Source: Chrysomallon squamiferum (Eukaryota; Animalia; Mollusca). Taken from it: 64,000 nucleotides of DNA. The stretch spans positions 10,168,001 through 10,232,000 of the forward strand of contig CM022666.1 of the NCBI GenBank assembly GCA_012295275.1. Reading direction: 5' to 3'. The translations under genes were made by a program, and so were the position numbers. The notes below the pieces were generated by a model. It ran no database searches. It saw nothing but the letters and a program-made list of their open reading frames with translations, and was not told the origin of the DNA. Below, in pieces: positions 48,653 to 62,524 of this stretch (position 1 is its first letter; the number at the start of each line of letters is the position of its first letter).

Positions 48653-51600
48653 TCATTCAAACTCAATTATTAAATCTTCTTCATTCACAGTGTCACCAGT
48701 TTTGAAAAATACCTTTTTAACCTGAAACCAAAAAAAAAAAAAAAAATTTAATAACAGCTAACACACTTTGTACTTAGATGACAATGTATACTGGACAAAT
48801 GTATTTTTTGGTTTCATTTATTTGACCAAAATGTATGGATGTGACTAGAGCTGAATATTCATCAGGATTCTTTTTTGTTAAGTGACTGCATCATTGGCAT
48901 CTTTATTTAACAATTTAATTTAAAATACATAAGCAGTTACTTCACTCCTCTATCAAATTAAGAATTTTGATAATTGCTGTAATTGAAACTTACAACTGCA
49001 CTTCTGGCTGCTATCAAACTGTTCTGCATCTTCATAGCCTCCAATATACAAACCTCCTGACCTTCTGCAACCTGATTTAATATAAAAATAAACAGCTATC
49101 AAAGGTTTGATAACTAGTTTTATTATGTATTATGTTAGGCTTGTAATGTTTTCTGTATTAAACTAACATAATACCTTAAAGCATGAACCTACTTTTTGTC
49201 CAGGCTCTACAGTAATGGATTTCAGAATACCAGGCATGGGAGCAAGGATGGCTGAACCACTGTCATGTTCTTTTTTTTCTGGCATATATTTGTAGAAATT
49301 TGATGCAAGATCATCAAAAACTCTCACTGAAAACTGAAATTCAAAAAAATGTTAAAGGAAATGTCTCATTTATTCTCCACTCATCATTATAAAATACATT
49401 TTTCTATGTTTATAAAACAATTTGCAGTGAAGACTGAAAACAAATACTAAGATTTGTTTCAAATGATTAGTAAGAAAAATCCAACAGGTATGTTTTAAAT
49501 TGAATGTTAGTAATTCCTGATTTGTGAAAGATTACTGTAACAGATTAATAAAATAAAATGTTTTTACTATGAACATGTCAAATATGAATTTAAAATGTAA
49601 TTTATAATTATGAAATAATGAAATGAAGAAAATAACCACTGTTCCAAACAATCTCAGCTCATACTGCCCCCCTCCATTTCTGTTTGTAAGCTGAAATTGA
49701 AAAAATTAAATGCCCATAAATTATCAAACTTTTTTTAAAAATTTTCATCAGTTCAAGTGTTTAATATTCTTTTATAAAATAAGTCTATAAATATTTACAC
49801 TTAATTTTTTAACAGTATATTCCGAAAACAGTTTTATAATATGGAAATTTGAACATAATAATATAAATATTCAAACAATATATATATCAAGGTCTTTTTT
49901 ACTCTCATTTAATTAATATCAATGCCTCCATCTTTCAAAAAAATGTATAGCCTGTAAAATCTAAAACATACCTGAAGTATTCGTTCTTCTCCATTTACCC
50001 AAGTGTTCATGATTGGTGAAACAAAACATATTTTGCCTGTTACAGTCAATGTTTCTCCATCAATATCAACCTGAAAATTAATGAACAGCAATGGAAACAA
50101 AAAAATAAGTACACTACACATATGTCTTGAAGTGTTGAATGCAACAACAGGGAGAGTAGGATAAAAATGACCAAAAATAATGAAATTCTGTGATACGGAC
50201 TCAAATATGAATGACAATGTAATAGTTTAATCACGGTTTTATAAGGTTTAATTTCCACAAGTTAAAATTGCATTTATCTGAAATTATTACCTTAGTGACG
50301 ACATTTGATGTTTTCATAAAACCAGTGAAAACCTAATAAACAATTTCTCAATAAAATTGGCCAAATTATTATTTCATGTTATTTATGTATCATATGCTAT
50401 GGTGATATATTGTTTATATATGTAAATGAAGTAAAATAAATTTGGACACACACTGTTAATAAGTCTACAGTAATACCTCCTGATTATCTTCATTGCAAGT
50501 ATATGAACTGGTTTTTGTACTAGGGTCATTTAGGTAGGTGTTTGTAATACATGAGAAGTCTGGAGTTTGCCTATTTATTTAGTATATATATATACATTTA
50601 ATATATTGTTACCTTGTAACCATTCTCTATCTGTCTGATTGTTGCAGGAATTTGCTTCTGTAACACATATACACTGACTGACCATTCATTTCGCTCATCA
50701 GGATGGTTTGGCAACCTGAGAAAAAATATTATAAATACATAATAATAAAAATTACTTAATAACAAATACAAGATAAAAAGTAAATTAAAGGATTAAAGAA
50801 CTTATAGTATATAAATGCAATCTTGGAAACACACATACACACACACTCATTACAAAATAACAAAATAACATCAGCGAAAACATTAAAAATAAATGATGAA
50901 AGATAATAAATATTACATTAGCAACGAATACATTTTTTTTTTAAATTTACCTTATTTGATTTATGAATGTGGAGAATCTGAGGTGATCTTTGATATACAG
51001 AGCAGCAGCCAAAGCTACAAGTTCTTTAAACTCAGAAAGTGATAGCTGTTTGCCTAAAAGAGATTAAATGTCCAAATCATTCATTTTAATACATATAAAT
51101 GTATTTGGTTTTGATCCTCTGCTGCAACTATGAATATGCAGGACATATTTACACAACTGTAATGTACAAATGAAGATACAAAAAAGATTTCACATATTAT
51201 TTCTTTCTTATTTATTTTAGAAAAAAAAGTATTCTCCAATTATTTTTTATTAGCATCTAGGAATTGTTTTTGATGTAATTTTCACTATGATGTAAATCAG
51301 CAAGTTGTATATGGTTTGGTACCCATGAATCCTTCTGGAAACACTGCTGACAGGTAGTTTGTGTTGATGTCTCCTGCTACAAAGTTTGGCTCAGTAAGAA
51401 TGTCTCGCAACAGTGGAATATTGTGGGTAACACCTGTGAAAGATACAATATTGACTTGATATATCTTTTTCAACATTTAATTAATGTGAATGCATTTTCA
51501 GATTTGACATAAAATTAATTTATTTTATAGTAAATTAAAGAGATAAAATTGAAGAAATGTATCAGTACTGATTATTTACATACCCAAGAAAATTTCTGTG

Positions 51601-54600
51601 TCAAAATTCATGTATTAAATTATATATTGTAAACACAGTTCATGTTCTATTTGTACCTTTTATAACATAAGAATCAAGGGCATTAATCATGGTGTGAATG
51701 GCTTCTTGTCGGTTTGGTCCAAATGTTACAAGCTGAAAACAAGAATATTTATGTTATAAAATGGCATAAACATCTTTGTTTTTATTTATTTATTTATTTA
51801 TTTATTTATTAGTGAATAAAACTCATTGTCATTTGCAATAATTTGTTAAACGTTTCAGAAAAGTAAAAAAGTACTGATACTGATAATTAGATTTGAAAAC
51901 ACTTAAAATAACGTACAAAAAATTTACATAAAAATAATTATAATTTCCGGGTTTTATTTTTGAGGTGTGTTTCTCGAAATCTCCATGAAATTTGATTACA
52001 ATATGATATTTTCAGTAAAAACAAAAAGAGAAACACACACACACACAAACAAATTTCTACTGGATGTAGCAAATGAATCCAGTACATATAAATATGACTT
52101 TAATTCTGTTAACAACTGAAAAATAAGTCATAAAATCTTGTATACCTTGCAGATCATTGGATCATAATAAATACTTATATCAGAACCTTCCTTCACACCA
52201 CTGTCACAGCGAACCTAATAAACACAAAATTCACAACAGATTTTAATATAAATCAAGATTTATGGAACCAGAATGTATGATATATAATTTTCCAAACCAT
52301 TATTTGAAACTTTAGTTGATCTTGTTTACTGTGAAATAATTGATGACAAGAATTTAAAAAAACCACTTTTGGTTATTAAATTCTATTACATCATTTAAAA
52401 TCCATTGAAGTCTTCAAGGAAATTTCACATTATTAGTTCTGTAAACATTATAATATACAAATTTATTTCTGCAGTAGTTCATCCACCACTAACATTTGGC
52501 ATGGCTGATGGTTCTACATATCTAGTCAGTCTTCCTACAGATGGCATACCAAAGTTCTTGAAAGGATCCTGTTCATGAAAGTTAAAAAAAAAAAAAAAAA
52601 AAATTAAGAAACTAGTTATACTTCAATATCAGTGTTTAGAATCAGCAAAGCAACACTATATAGCACCTCAGGTGCATTGAAATGCTAGTTATTTCAAATA
52701 AAAGTTTTCAGAATACACCTTCAGCACAAATAATAATAATAATGATTTACATTCAAATTTAGGCTGATCTTTATTTTCAAGATAGCATGTCAGTATTAAA
52801 AAGATCAAAACTTAAAAAAGGCCAGTGAAAATCTGAACCATAAGAAATGATACTATATACTCAGAATTTCACCTCGGCATAAACTCTACATTCCAGTGAC
52901 CAGCCTTCTATGGGAATATCAGTCTGCCTGTAGGCAAGCTGATGACCTGCAACAGCAATATGTTGGAAGTATTTTATTTGTAATATCTAATATAAAAAAT
53001 AAATGTTTCTTAAATAATTTGAAAATAATTTGAAAAATGTAAACATACAAAACCAGGCTGCATTAACACTGACACTCTGGATTGCATTCATTCAGTTATC
53101 ATTCATACATAACAAATTACCCGTAGAAATACTAAATTATATTTATTTGTCTAGTCAAATTTCTTTTAAAATATTTCTGCTCACTATACAATTGTTTGTG
53201 AAAATAACGAATGACAAAATATTTCAATTATGGAAAAAATAATCTGACATACATATGCTCGTTTTAAATAAAAGCTGCTATATGCAACATTTAGTAGATA
53301 TTAAATCATTACCATAAAAACAGAAATTAAAAAAATATATACCTTTAGCTATTCTGATCATCTGGTGAACTATGTCAATGCCTGTGATGCATTCTGTGAT
53401 AGGGTGTTCTACTTGAAGTCGAGTGTTCATCTCCAGGAAGTAAAATTGTTTGTTTGAATCAACAAGAAACTCTACAGTGCCTGAAAAATATTTCTTAAAA
53501 TTAACTAAAGCAATTCTTGAGTATTTATGTATTTATTTATATTTCCTCAAGTAAGATTTGGCATGAAATGATAATATTTTGAAATCATGTGTAGTAAAAA
53601 TGAAGTTATTACTGAAGTTAATCAATAAAATCTGTAAACAGAAAGAATTTTTTAATACTGATTACTTTATTAGTATGTAAGTTGTAACCAACAAATTTAG
53701 AACCAGCTTTAACATAATGAATGGCAATGCACTTCTGTTCTTGTCTATGGAAAAGTGCACAAAAAGGATTTCTCACAGGTAACAGTGTTTAAAACAGAGG
53801 CAGCTGGTTTTATTTAAGTGGAGACACTAGTCAAAAAATGACAATATATGAAAAAAAAATATCATTTGTCATATTTTCCCAGGACCATTTACAAAACATT
53901 ATTCAGGTTCCTATTCATACAAGTTAAAAATTCCAAATAAAATCAATTATGTCCAAAAAAACTCATTTTGTGTGGGACCTGTCAATGAAATTTACACATT
54001 TTAGTCAAATTCTGCATTTATTTCTGGGTTTTATTTTTGATACCTCGAAACCTCCATGAAATTTGACATTTTGCATTTAATCGAAAACCACATTTTTTCA
54101 AAGCATAATGGGAACAATGTTCTAAAAATAGATACAACCTCCATAGAGATACAGTATACCCCTCACCTATTCGCGGTTCCCCATTCGCGGCCCCGAATAT
54201 TCGCGGGTTAGGCTCTTAACCCTATCGCATCGTATGCTGGTATACCAGGCTAGCGTCATAAAGTCATAAAAACAAATGCTCAGTAAACCGGGTTTTTGTA
54301 GGTCATAGAGACTTAAGTGCCTGAAGAGTAGGAATAATTACCTAAAGTGCTGTAAAGCAGCAGCTAAGCTGTGCCATACTGTACATTAGTGTTATCATCA
54401 ACATCGTATGGCACTGCAAATTTCATCATCATTTTATTATCATTCATTATTGATGACAGCACAAACAATATCAGATTTTTTCAATTATTATTGCAATACA
54501 GTACGTATTTTTTTTATAAATGCATACACTGTATGTACAGTGCATATTTTTTGTGACCGTGTATTAATAATGTTTTTAATTCCATATTATTACTGAATTG

Positions 54601-56873
54601 TATTATTATTACCTGAACTGTGCGTACTGTATTTATCTGTCTGTTTGCCTTTAAATTTGTTCCACTTTCTGTCAATTCTAATACATATGTTGTACGCATA
54701 GAAAATGACTTTACGGTACAGTAATACTGTATGGGTAACTATGCTATGCGGTGTTACTGTCCTCCTGTACTTACGTTTCTTTCTGATTAAAATATTGTTT
54801 CAGTACAAAATTAAAATGTGTTTACATTATCATTACTACATTAGTGAAATACATAACTGCATGCAATATTACTACATTATTACTGTATTAATGAGTAAGA
54901 GTGTCTTTAGAAAGTGTTTGGGAAGCATTTAGTACCGTATATAATCTCATAATAGACGTTTTAAAACTGCATCCAATATTCGCGGTTTTTCGCTATTCGC
55001 GAGGGGGTAAAGAACGTAACCCCCGCGAATAGCGAGGGAATACTGTACTCCTTAATTTAGAGCAACCCCGTCAAAGAATAAGAGAGAAAAAATTAAGATA
55101 GAGTTGCCCAGGGATTAGGTTGTATGATATCACATGACTTGTTGCTGCATTCTGATTGGTTATCAGCATTATTTCCGGTGACACTGTTTAATCCAGTCAT
55201 TGATTTATTTTCTCCATATGTACTGTTTGAGATTTAACTTTGCCAAATCATGGAGACTTATCATGGAAAGAAAACCAGTACAAAACATAAATTTAGAAAG
55301 CAGAAGCTATCTCACAAACAATTACAATCTGCACGAAAAAATTGCAGAAAACACAAAAGACTGCCGAAACAAGCAAGGTCACTGAGGAAATGGAATCACT
55401 CAGTGGCTACTGAAAATCGGCAAGCACATGGACCTTCCCCATCGACTTTGAAAAGAAAATTGGAATTTGTTTTGGAAATAAAAGATGAAGATCTAGATCA
55501 TTGTCCATTTGTTAATGATGACAACTGTCTTTTTGTGCAGGTGATGTGTTTAAAAGACCTTGTCAAAAATTTGCAATGTTCAGACTCCTCATGTAATGGA
55601 TCATTAACTAACTGTCATTTTATGTGATTATTTGAAAAACCCTGTTGTAAATCTGCAGACAGTTTGTGCCACTTGTGAAAAGGGGCACAGTGAGACATTG
55701 TCATCAAATCATGCAGGTGGCCAGGGAAGCAGATTTCCTTTCATCACCATCAGACCAAGAACTACATCATGATCATTGTACAATACATCCTTCCAGGGGG
55801 TATTTTTTTTTCTTTTTTCTGCAAGCATTGAATATGGGTGAACAACCAGGCAACCATGCTGAAAATGTGGGAAAACCACTGTCAAAGGAAGTTGAGCAGT
55901 TTGTTAAACCAGTCAACATTCAACTTGGTGATGAAAATCCGTTACATAACATCACCCTGTTAGAATATATTTAAAAACTTTATTTGCTGTTTTCTCACAT
56001 TTTGTTCTTTGTACTTATCTGAATTTTTGTAAAAGTGCTGCATTAAAAGTATTTGTGCTAGAGATCTCAAATTTGGAATATATATTTTTAGAAACCAACA
56101 CTAGAAAATGACAGAAAGAACATCTTTAAAAAAATTATCCAATCTTTTCATATAATCTTTATAATGTGTCTAGTACGAAAAAATGCAAGTGAAAATCATA
56201 ATAATTTTTTCAAAAATGCAAGTGAAGAACATAATAATTTTTTCAAAAATATTTCTTTTGAAGCATGGAAAAAGAGGCTAATTTCTTTCTGTTATTTTAT
56301 AGAAATACATGCCTATGATAAACTCCAGCAGTATGAATGATGTATATATATATATATTGGTTTGGGTTGGAGAGGTTCATGAAATTGGGTATTTTAAAAA
56401 GCCAAAAATAATTACCATTTGTCATAAAAAATAAACTGGTACTAGTATTTCATAGTAACAAATGGGGATTATTTCCACCAAGTTCAATTCTATAACATAA
56501 AAAATAATGGTTTTGGTTTTCACACCTACCTGGTCCCCTTAAAAAGTTTCAACTAAATGCTATTGATATAAAATTATACAATTATATTATTAAATCACAA
56601 GAAAAAATTGTACCTGCAGAGTCATATCCAACTTGTTTTGCTAGAGCTACAGCTTGGTCCCCCATAGCAGCTCGTATCTCCAGGTCAAGAAAAGTACTTT
56701 TTAAAAAACATTATATAATAGGTATAGTTAAAATGAGTATGATAGTTTGATACTGATGGTAAGGAAAAGCTATATTAATAAGTAAAAACATATATCAAAA
56801 TATATATAATAATATTAGATAAATGTCAAAGTAATCTATTACTATATTTGTTTTCCACATTAAACTCATTCAA

Positions 56874-56911
<38 letters not shown>

Positions 56912-59900
56912 AGGCATTAATGTGAACTATTTAAAATATAAACATAAAACCTTGGCGCCTCTTCAATGACTTTTTGATTTCTTCTCTGTATAGAACATTC
57001 TCGTTCATTAAGCCAAACAGCATTCCCATGTTTATCACATAAAACCTTAAAAAATTAAAAAAATAAAACTACAAATTTGTTTTGTCTCATTCTTTTAAGT
57101 TATAATGTATAAATTCATTATCAGATTATAATATTTAGTCTTTTTTAAAACTGGGTAATTTCTGAAAGACATAACAGGAAATCCTCTATACAGGTTAAGA
57201 AAAATTATAGTTTTGATATGTACTTTCCCATAGTCAGGAAACCAAATGCACTGCCATTTTAATTTACTGTAGAACATGAGCCAGAACATCAAGCAGCCCA
57301 ATCTACACTCAAATGAGTCAAAGAATGAATTCATTTTGCCACCCTTCATAACTCAGATCATACAAAGCCCATTAGTACTAAACCAAACCTGAATTTCTAT
57401 ATGTCGAGGATTTGCTATGTATTTTTCTATTAACATTCGATCATCACCAAAACTTGATGCTGCTTCTTCTGTTGATAATCGGAATGCTTGCCTAAAAAAA
57501 ATAAAAAATAAATATAATAATAATAATAAAAATTTAAAGGCATAATTTAGGTGTTTATCCCTTAACTGCATGTAACTGAAAAATCATCATTCCATTTGTT
57601 GCTATCTCCAAAAACTGATTTTCCTCCTTTTTAAAGTATGGCACAATTTTTGGCACTGGCTATGCCCCTGGCTTTAGTTTTCAATCAATGACACAACTAG
57701 AAAGCCTTGCTGGTGCATTTAGGCCTACCTTAAAATTTAAGCAATTATTTGGTAAGTGATACTATTAATTCTGGCTGATTCCTTAAGTTTGGTTTGCTGC
57801 CACTCCCCATATCTTTTGTGACCTGTATAGTGAGTTAAAGTCAGCTAAAGATATTTTTCTGTTAAAGGAATAATTTTCTGTTCTTTTTTTTTCAGACATC
57901 TTTTTAATACAATGGTACAGATATATGCAATAGGGTTTTATAGTGTCCTTTAAAACAGTTTCTTTATTTGAAATAATATTTGAAATTTCACACTGCATAT
58001 ATGTGCTCATGGAAAATATTTTGATGTTAATAGTGATTATGTAACTATTTCTTTTATTAATTTATCTCTCATTATTGAAAGATCATTTGACATGGGTTAA
58101 TTATATGTTTACTGATAATGTATATAACAACATAAAGCATCATTTTGACTGGTTATTAGATAAAAGTTACCTGCAGATATCATGTTGCACACCTTCATCT
58201 TTTGATAATACAGTGGTACCTTGACTTACGAGTTTAATTTGTTCTGTGACTGGGCTTATAACTCAATTTGAAATTAATGGTAATTAACTGAAATACCATT
58301 AATCCATTCCAGCCCCTCAAAAACCACCCCAATGTTTTGTAATATGTTTTTAAATAAGAAAAATGTATTTATAAATGACAAATATTGTATAAAAACAAAA
58401 TAAAAGAGAATGTAAAGATATAAATTGGTTTTGTAAAGTGTATTTATCTTGGAGATCAGGCAAATTATTTTAACTCCTTTTGCTGGTGTTACAGCCATTA
58501 TTGATTCCTTCAGCTTCAGTATGGTACATATTGTAGAAGTACTTTGATCATACTGCCTAGCCGAATTGACTACATGCACACCTCACTCATGTTTTTCTAT
58601 GAATTCAACCTTTAATTCAATGGACATCATCCACTTCTTCTGCTCAGCACTGTCCTTTGCACTCAATTTCTTAGGATTCATGGTCAGAAAAAAGAAATTT
58701 AGCAAAACATTGCATCAAACTCGAGTACAACACAACAGAGATGCATGCTTCAATGGAGAGGTAACCACATGAGAAGCGCGGGATGCTGGGTGGATGTTGT
58801 GTTGTTCATTGCACCAACTAGCAGTCATGTAACTGAAGCTCACTCATAACTTGGATTCTGGCTCACATCTCAAAAGCAAAAAATTGACCAGGTGTCTGCT
58901 CTTAAGTCAGAAAACTCACAAGTTGGTGTACTCGTAAGTCAAGGTATATTATACATGTAGGTGGTTAGCAAGATGCATACAAGTATGATTTGTCTGCATT
59001 TAAGACACATCTAAGATAAACCATTAATAAATTTAGCATTTAATATCTTAAAATATAACATACACAAACACAAAAATTACACAATAAAGAAATATTTTAA
59101 AAAATGAGACAAGAATTATGTTTTTTAATATCTGTTCAACCATAAACAGGGTATATTGTAATGGATATATTTATGAAAACACCATCTTCAGAAAAATATC
59201 ATATTATGGTAATATACAATTAAGGGTGAAACCTTTTAGCAGTAAATATTAATCACCTGGCCTCATTATCATTCCAAGCAATCCTCATTCCTTTTCCACC
59301 TCCACCTGCAGATGCCTTTATCATTACTGGGTATCCTGAAACACAATATCTGCTCTCTATTAACTATTAATTACTATTAATTAATCTGTATTCATAACAA
59401 TAGTAATAATTACTCATGTACCAACATGCTAGATATTGTTGTTGTTAATAATTACTCTGTACTAATAACATGTATTTTGTTGTTAATAATTACTCTGTAG
59501 TAATAACATATATTTTGTTGTTCATAATTACTCTGTACTAATAGCATGTATATAGTTGTTAATAATAACTCTGTATTAATAACATGCATTTTGTTATAAA
59601 TATTTATTCAGTACTAGTAACATGTATTTTATTATTACCAATCTGATTGGCCAGTTTGATGCAGTGATCAACATTCTCTACCACACCATCATAACCTGGA
59701 ATCATGTTTACGCCAGCTGTTTTAGCAATTCTCTTACTCTGAATTTTATCTCCCATTAACTTGATAGATTCACTATTTGGTCCAATAAACTCAACACCAA
59801 ATTCAGACTAAATATTTAAAAACATGAAATTTCCAAAATTAGGAGACTATATTATGAATATCAGTATTGTAATTTAATGCTGTATACAATCCTAAAAAAC

Positions 59901-60546
59901 TGATGTTCACAAATAAAAAGAAAATTAATTAATTAATTAATCTTTTTATTAAGATATTAAATTTTATTTCTTCAAAGATTAATATTACTTGTGTAGCCAT
60001 TTGCAGCAGATACTGAAAGAACATTAATGTTAATTATGTTGAACAGATACAGCAGTTTAACTACTGTTGTTTCAAACCAAAGCATTAACAATTATTTTTT
60101 TAAAAAGCAATATTTCTTACAAGTTTGGAGGCAAAGACTGTATTTTCTGAGAGAAAACCATAACCAGGATGTACCTAAAATAAAAACAGTACATTTTTAG
60201 AAATAGTTTATTATGTTTAATCAAAATAAAGATGTAAGTAGGTTTCATGACACCAAGGGGCTGAGGGAAGACTGAATTCAGTATATTTGTAACTGTAAAA
60301 CTGGTGGCCCAAATTTGGAACCAAGTGCGTAATACATCCTATCCAGGTTTGATATCATTGGTTTTTGTGTACAAATCATTGTTTAAAGAAAAGTATAATT
60401 ATATTCACAATAACAGAAAAACTTTCACTTACAGCTTGTGACCCAGTCTCCTTGACAACCTGCAGTATTTTGTTCATGTTAAGGTAACTTTTGTTGGCAG
60501 GTGCTGGACCAATGCATACAGCTTCATCTGCCAGTCTGGAATGCAT
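48653..60546 (-). CDS. PCCA: Propionyl-CoA carboxylase alpha chain, mitochondrial (5'-partial; first exons lie beyond the window)
   Basis: 20 phase-compatible GT-AG exons: 60546-60433, 60174-60121, 59807-59639, 59335-59257, 57491-57389, 57045-56951, 56696-56614, 53480-53343, 52946-52873, 52568-52494, 52214-52146, 51732-51657, 51433-51323, 51053-50951, 50715-50613, 50070-49972, 49690-49637, 49333-49193, 49071-48994, 48721-48653. Motifs [105 protein letters not shown], biotinylation EAMKMQN. Ends DLIIEFE*. Confidence 0.96.
53755..56540 (+). mobile_element. Putative internally deleted Kolobok-like DNA transposon in a PCCA intron
   Basis: Right end GGTCCCCTTAA (TTAA-flanked). Relic ORFs at 55250-55627 (basic N-terminus, [22 protein letters not shown]) and [25 protein letters not shown] resemble Kolobok/PF20700-type transposases. 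The left end is uncertain. Confidence 0.4.
54152..55045. mobile_element. Non-autonomous pogo/Tigger-type (Tc1/mariner superfamily) element
   Basis: TA on both sides (54150-51, 55046-47). TIRs CAGTATACCCCTCACCTATTCGCGG and, reverse-complemented, CAGTATTCCCTCGCTATTCGCGG. No transposase ORF. Confidence 0.85.
58211..58951 (-). mobile_element. Tigger/pogo deletion derivative retaining the transposase N-terminal HTH
   Basis: TA-CAGTGGTACCTTGACTTACGAG left TIR and CTCGTAAGTCAAGGTA right TIR. Minus strand from 58681: [55 protein letters not shown] (CENP-B/psq HTH). Confidence 0.85.
59436..59630. repeat. ~39-bp minisatellite, ~5 copies (intronic)
   Basis: Unit ~TGTTGTTAATAATTACTCTGTACTAATAACATGTATTT. 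Confidence 0.8.
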
Positions 60547-60959
60547 CTTTGTTAATAAAAAAAAGATGTTTCAAGTTCCTTAAATGTTTGTTTTATTTCT
60601 TTATTTATCAATACAACAATTCTATTAAATAATGTAACTGTAAAGATAATTTAAGATATTCAGTAATATTCTTTAAGAATAAGCAATTCAGCATCAATAA
60701 GCAAACCAAGTCAAGGGAGTACTGGTTGTAATTGTAGGATCACTTTACTCGCGACTTTTCTATTTAGGGTTTCTGCAAAAAGATTGGAAGGTTAGAAAAG
60801 CCTACATTCCCTAGAAAGTTTTCAAATTCTCCCAGCATTTTAAGATGACTGTACATTTTATATGTTTAGTTACACTGATTGGCACATGATCCATTTAATG
60901 TGCCAGTTATCCTTAAACATATACCATACATCTGCAATTTCTTTAAATCAACATCTTTC

Positions 60960-61330
60960 AGTTTCTTTGGATCTTCTATGGCAATATGAATCAGATGGTC
61001 CAAAGAAGCTGGAAGAAGCCTACTGCATAACCTAGTCTTTCATAACAGAAACAGACCTCTCAACAGAAGCTTTAGACAATAGAAGGATTATACAAACTTG
61101 CATCAAAAAAAGAACATTTGGACTGAGGACCTTTGCCACTTGTTTGCATGGTAAAATCATGAGCATTTCCTGGCAGTTACCATCCTTGAAATTAATATCC
61201 ATCAGTAGTTTCATTGATTTACACTCAGTTTTTACTTTTTCAAAGATCAGTGGTGATTCTATCGTTTCTCACTCAAAAGTGACACTGGTTTGGGATCCAG
61301 TGAAGTCAAAAAGAACAGCTAAATTTTCAA
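60960..61330 (-). mobile_element. hAT transposase C-terminal (dimerisation domain) relic
   Basis: PNVLFLMQVCIILLLSKASVERSVSVMK..LDHLIHIAIEDP resembles the hAT motif LP.S.A..ER.FS.MK..LD.LM.I..EGP. Confidence 0.6.
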
Positions 61331-61599
61331 AAATTATTAATTAATAATCTTATGCCAATAGTACTAACTGTTACAACAGAAAACAGTTATTGGTCAGATC
61401 ACTTGGGAGTCATTATAAATTTAAAGTCAACATAAAAAGGGAAATGTGGAAGAGTAATAATTCTTTATTAATATATAAGGACTAGGTTAAATTAGTAAAT
61501 GAAACAGTAACAAAAATGTACCTGTCTATAATTTGAAAATTTAGATTTAATATCCAAATATGAAATACAATTTTCAATTAATAGTCAACTGTTTTTGGA

Positions 61600-62450
61600 A
61601 ACATTACTTATGAAAAGAGGCATATCTATATCTTTTCCTGTGTTTAAAAAAAAGAAAGGTAATGAAGTGCAAAAACAAATTAGTAAACTGATTAAAGGAT
61701 TAGAACAAAATGAAAATACTTCCTGAGAAAATGTAGAAGTTAAAGTTTGAACAAGCAAGAACAGAAAAATATGTCTTAAGGACAGTGTTATATTACGCCA
61801 AGGTCAAAATGGATTCATGAAGGTGAAAAACCAAACCATTTCTTCTTTTTTTTGTAATTAGTATCCAGAAATTATTCTCAGAATTAAAATACCAAATTAC
61901 AAGCATGGAAAGGCAATCAAAAATCAAGAACAAATTTCTCATTTTAAATTTAAAAACCTTTTTTTTTTTTTTTTTTTTTAATTAAATTAATTTACAGTTG
62001 AAGAAATTAAAGAACAACAGAAGTAATATCATTTCTTAAAAATATGAAAAATTATAAGAATGCTGATTCTGTTGAGTTTACTGTGGAATTCTTCACATTC
62101 TTTTCCTCAGATTCTGGGCATTTTATTTTTTGATTAAATAATTACAGCTATACAATTAAAGAAATGTCCTATGTATGTGCAATGATTAAATATTATAACA
62201 CATATTCCTAAATGTAATAAACAAAGAATTGGTGTCCTGAAACTCTTTTAAAGTTTACCTATAAAATGTCTTCTGGGTGTAACATGGATAAAAATGATTT
62301 TTGATAAAATTACAAACGAAGAGTATATCAGTTTATTAAAGGAAGCTCTAGTGAGGAAAATATTATGTTAATCCATGATAGTATCCTTTATACAGAATAA
62401 CATGACATCTCTGGATTAACTTTAACATTACAGACCTTGATAGGAACTGT
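61600..62450 (+). mobile_element. L1/Tx1-like LINE relic
   Basis: RSKWIHEGEKPNHF and KNYKNADSVEFTVEFFTFF..DSGHF (cf. KSPGSDGFTVEFFKFFW.DLG). Confidence 0.65.
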
Positions 62451-62524
62451 TCATCATTTATAAGTAGAATGTTAGATATTTTTACTTTTTACACATCAAT
62501 TACAAATTGGGTAAAAAATATATA

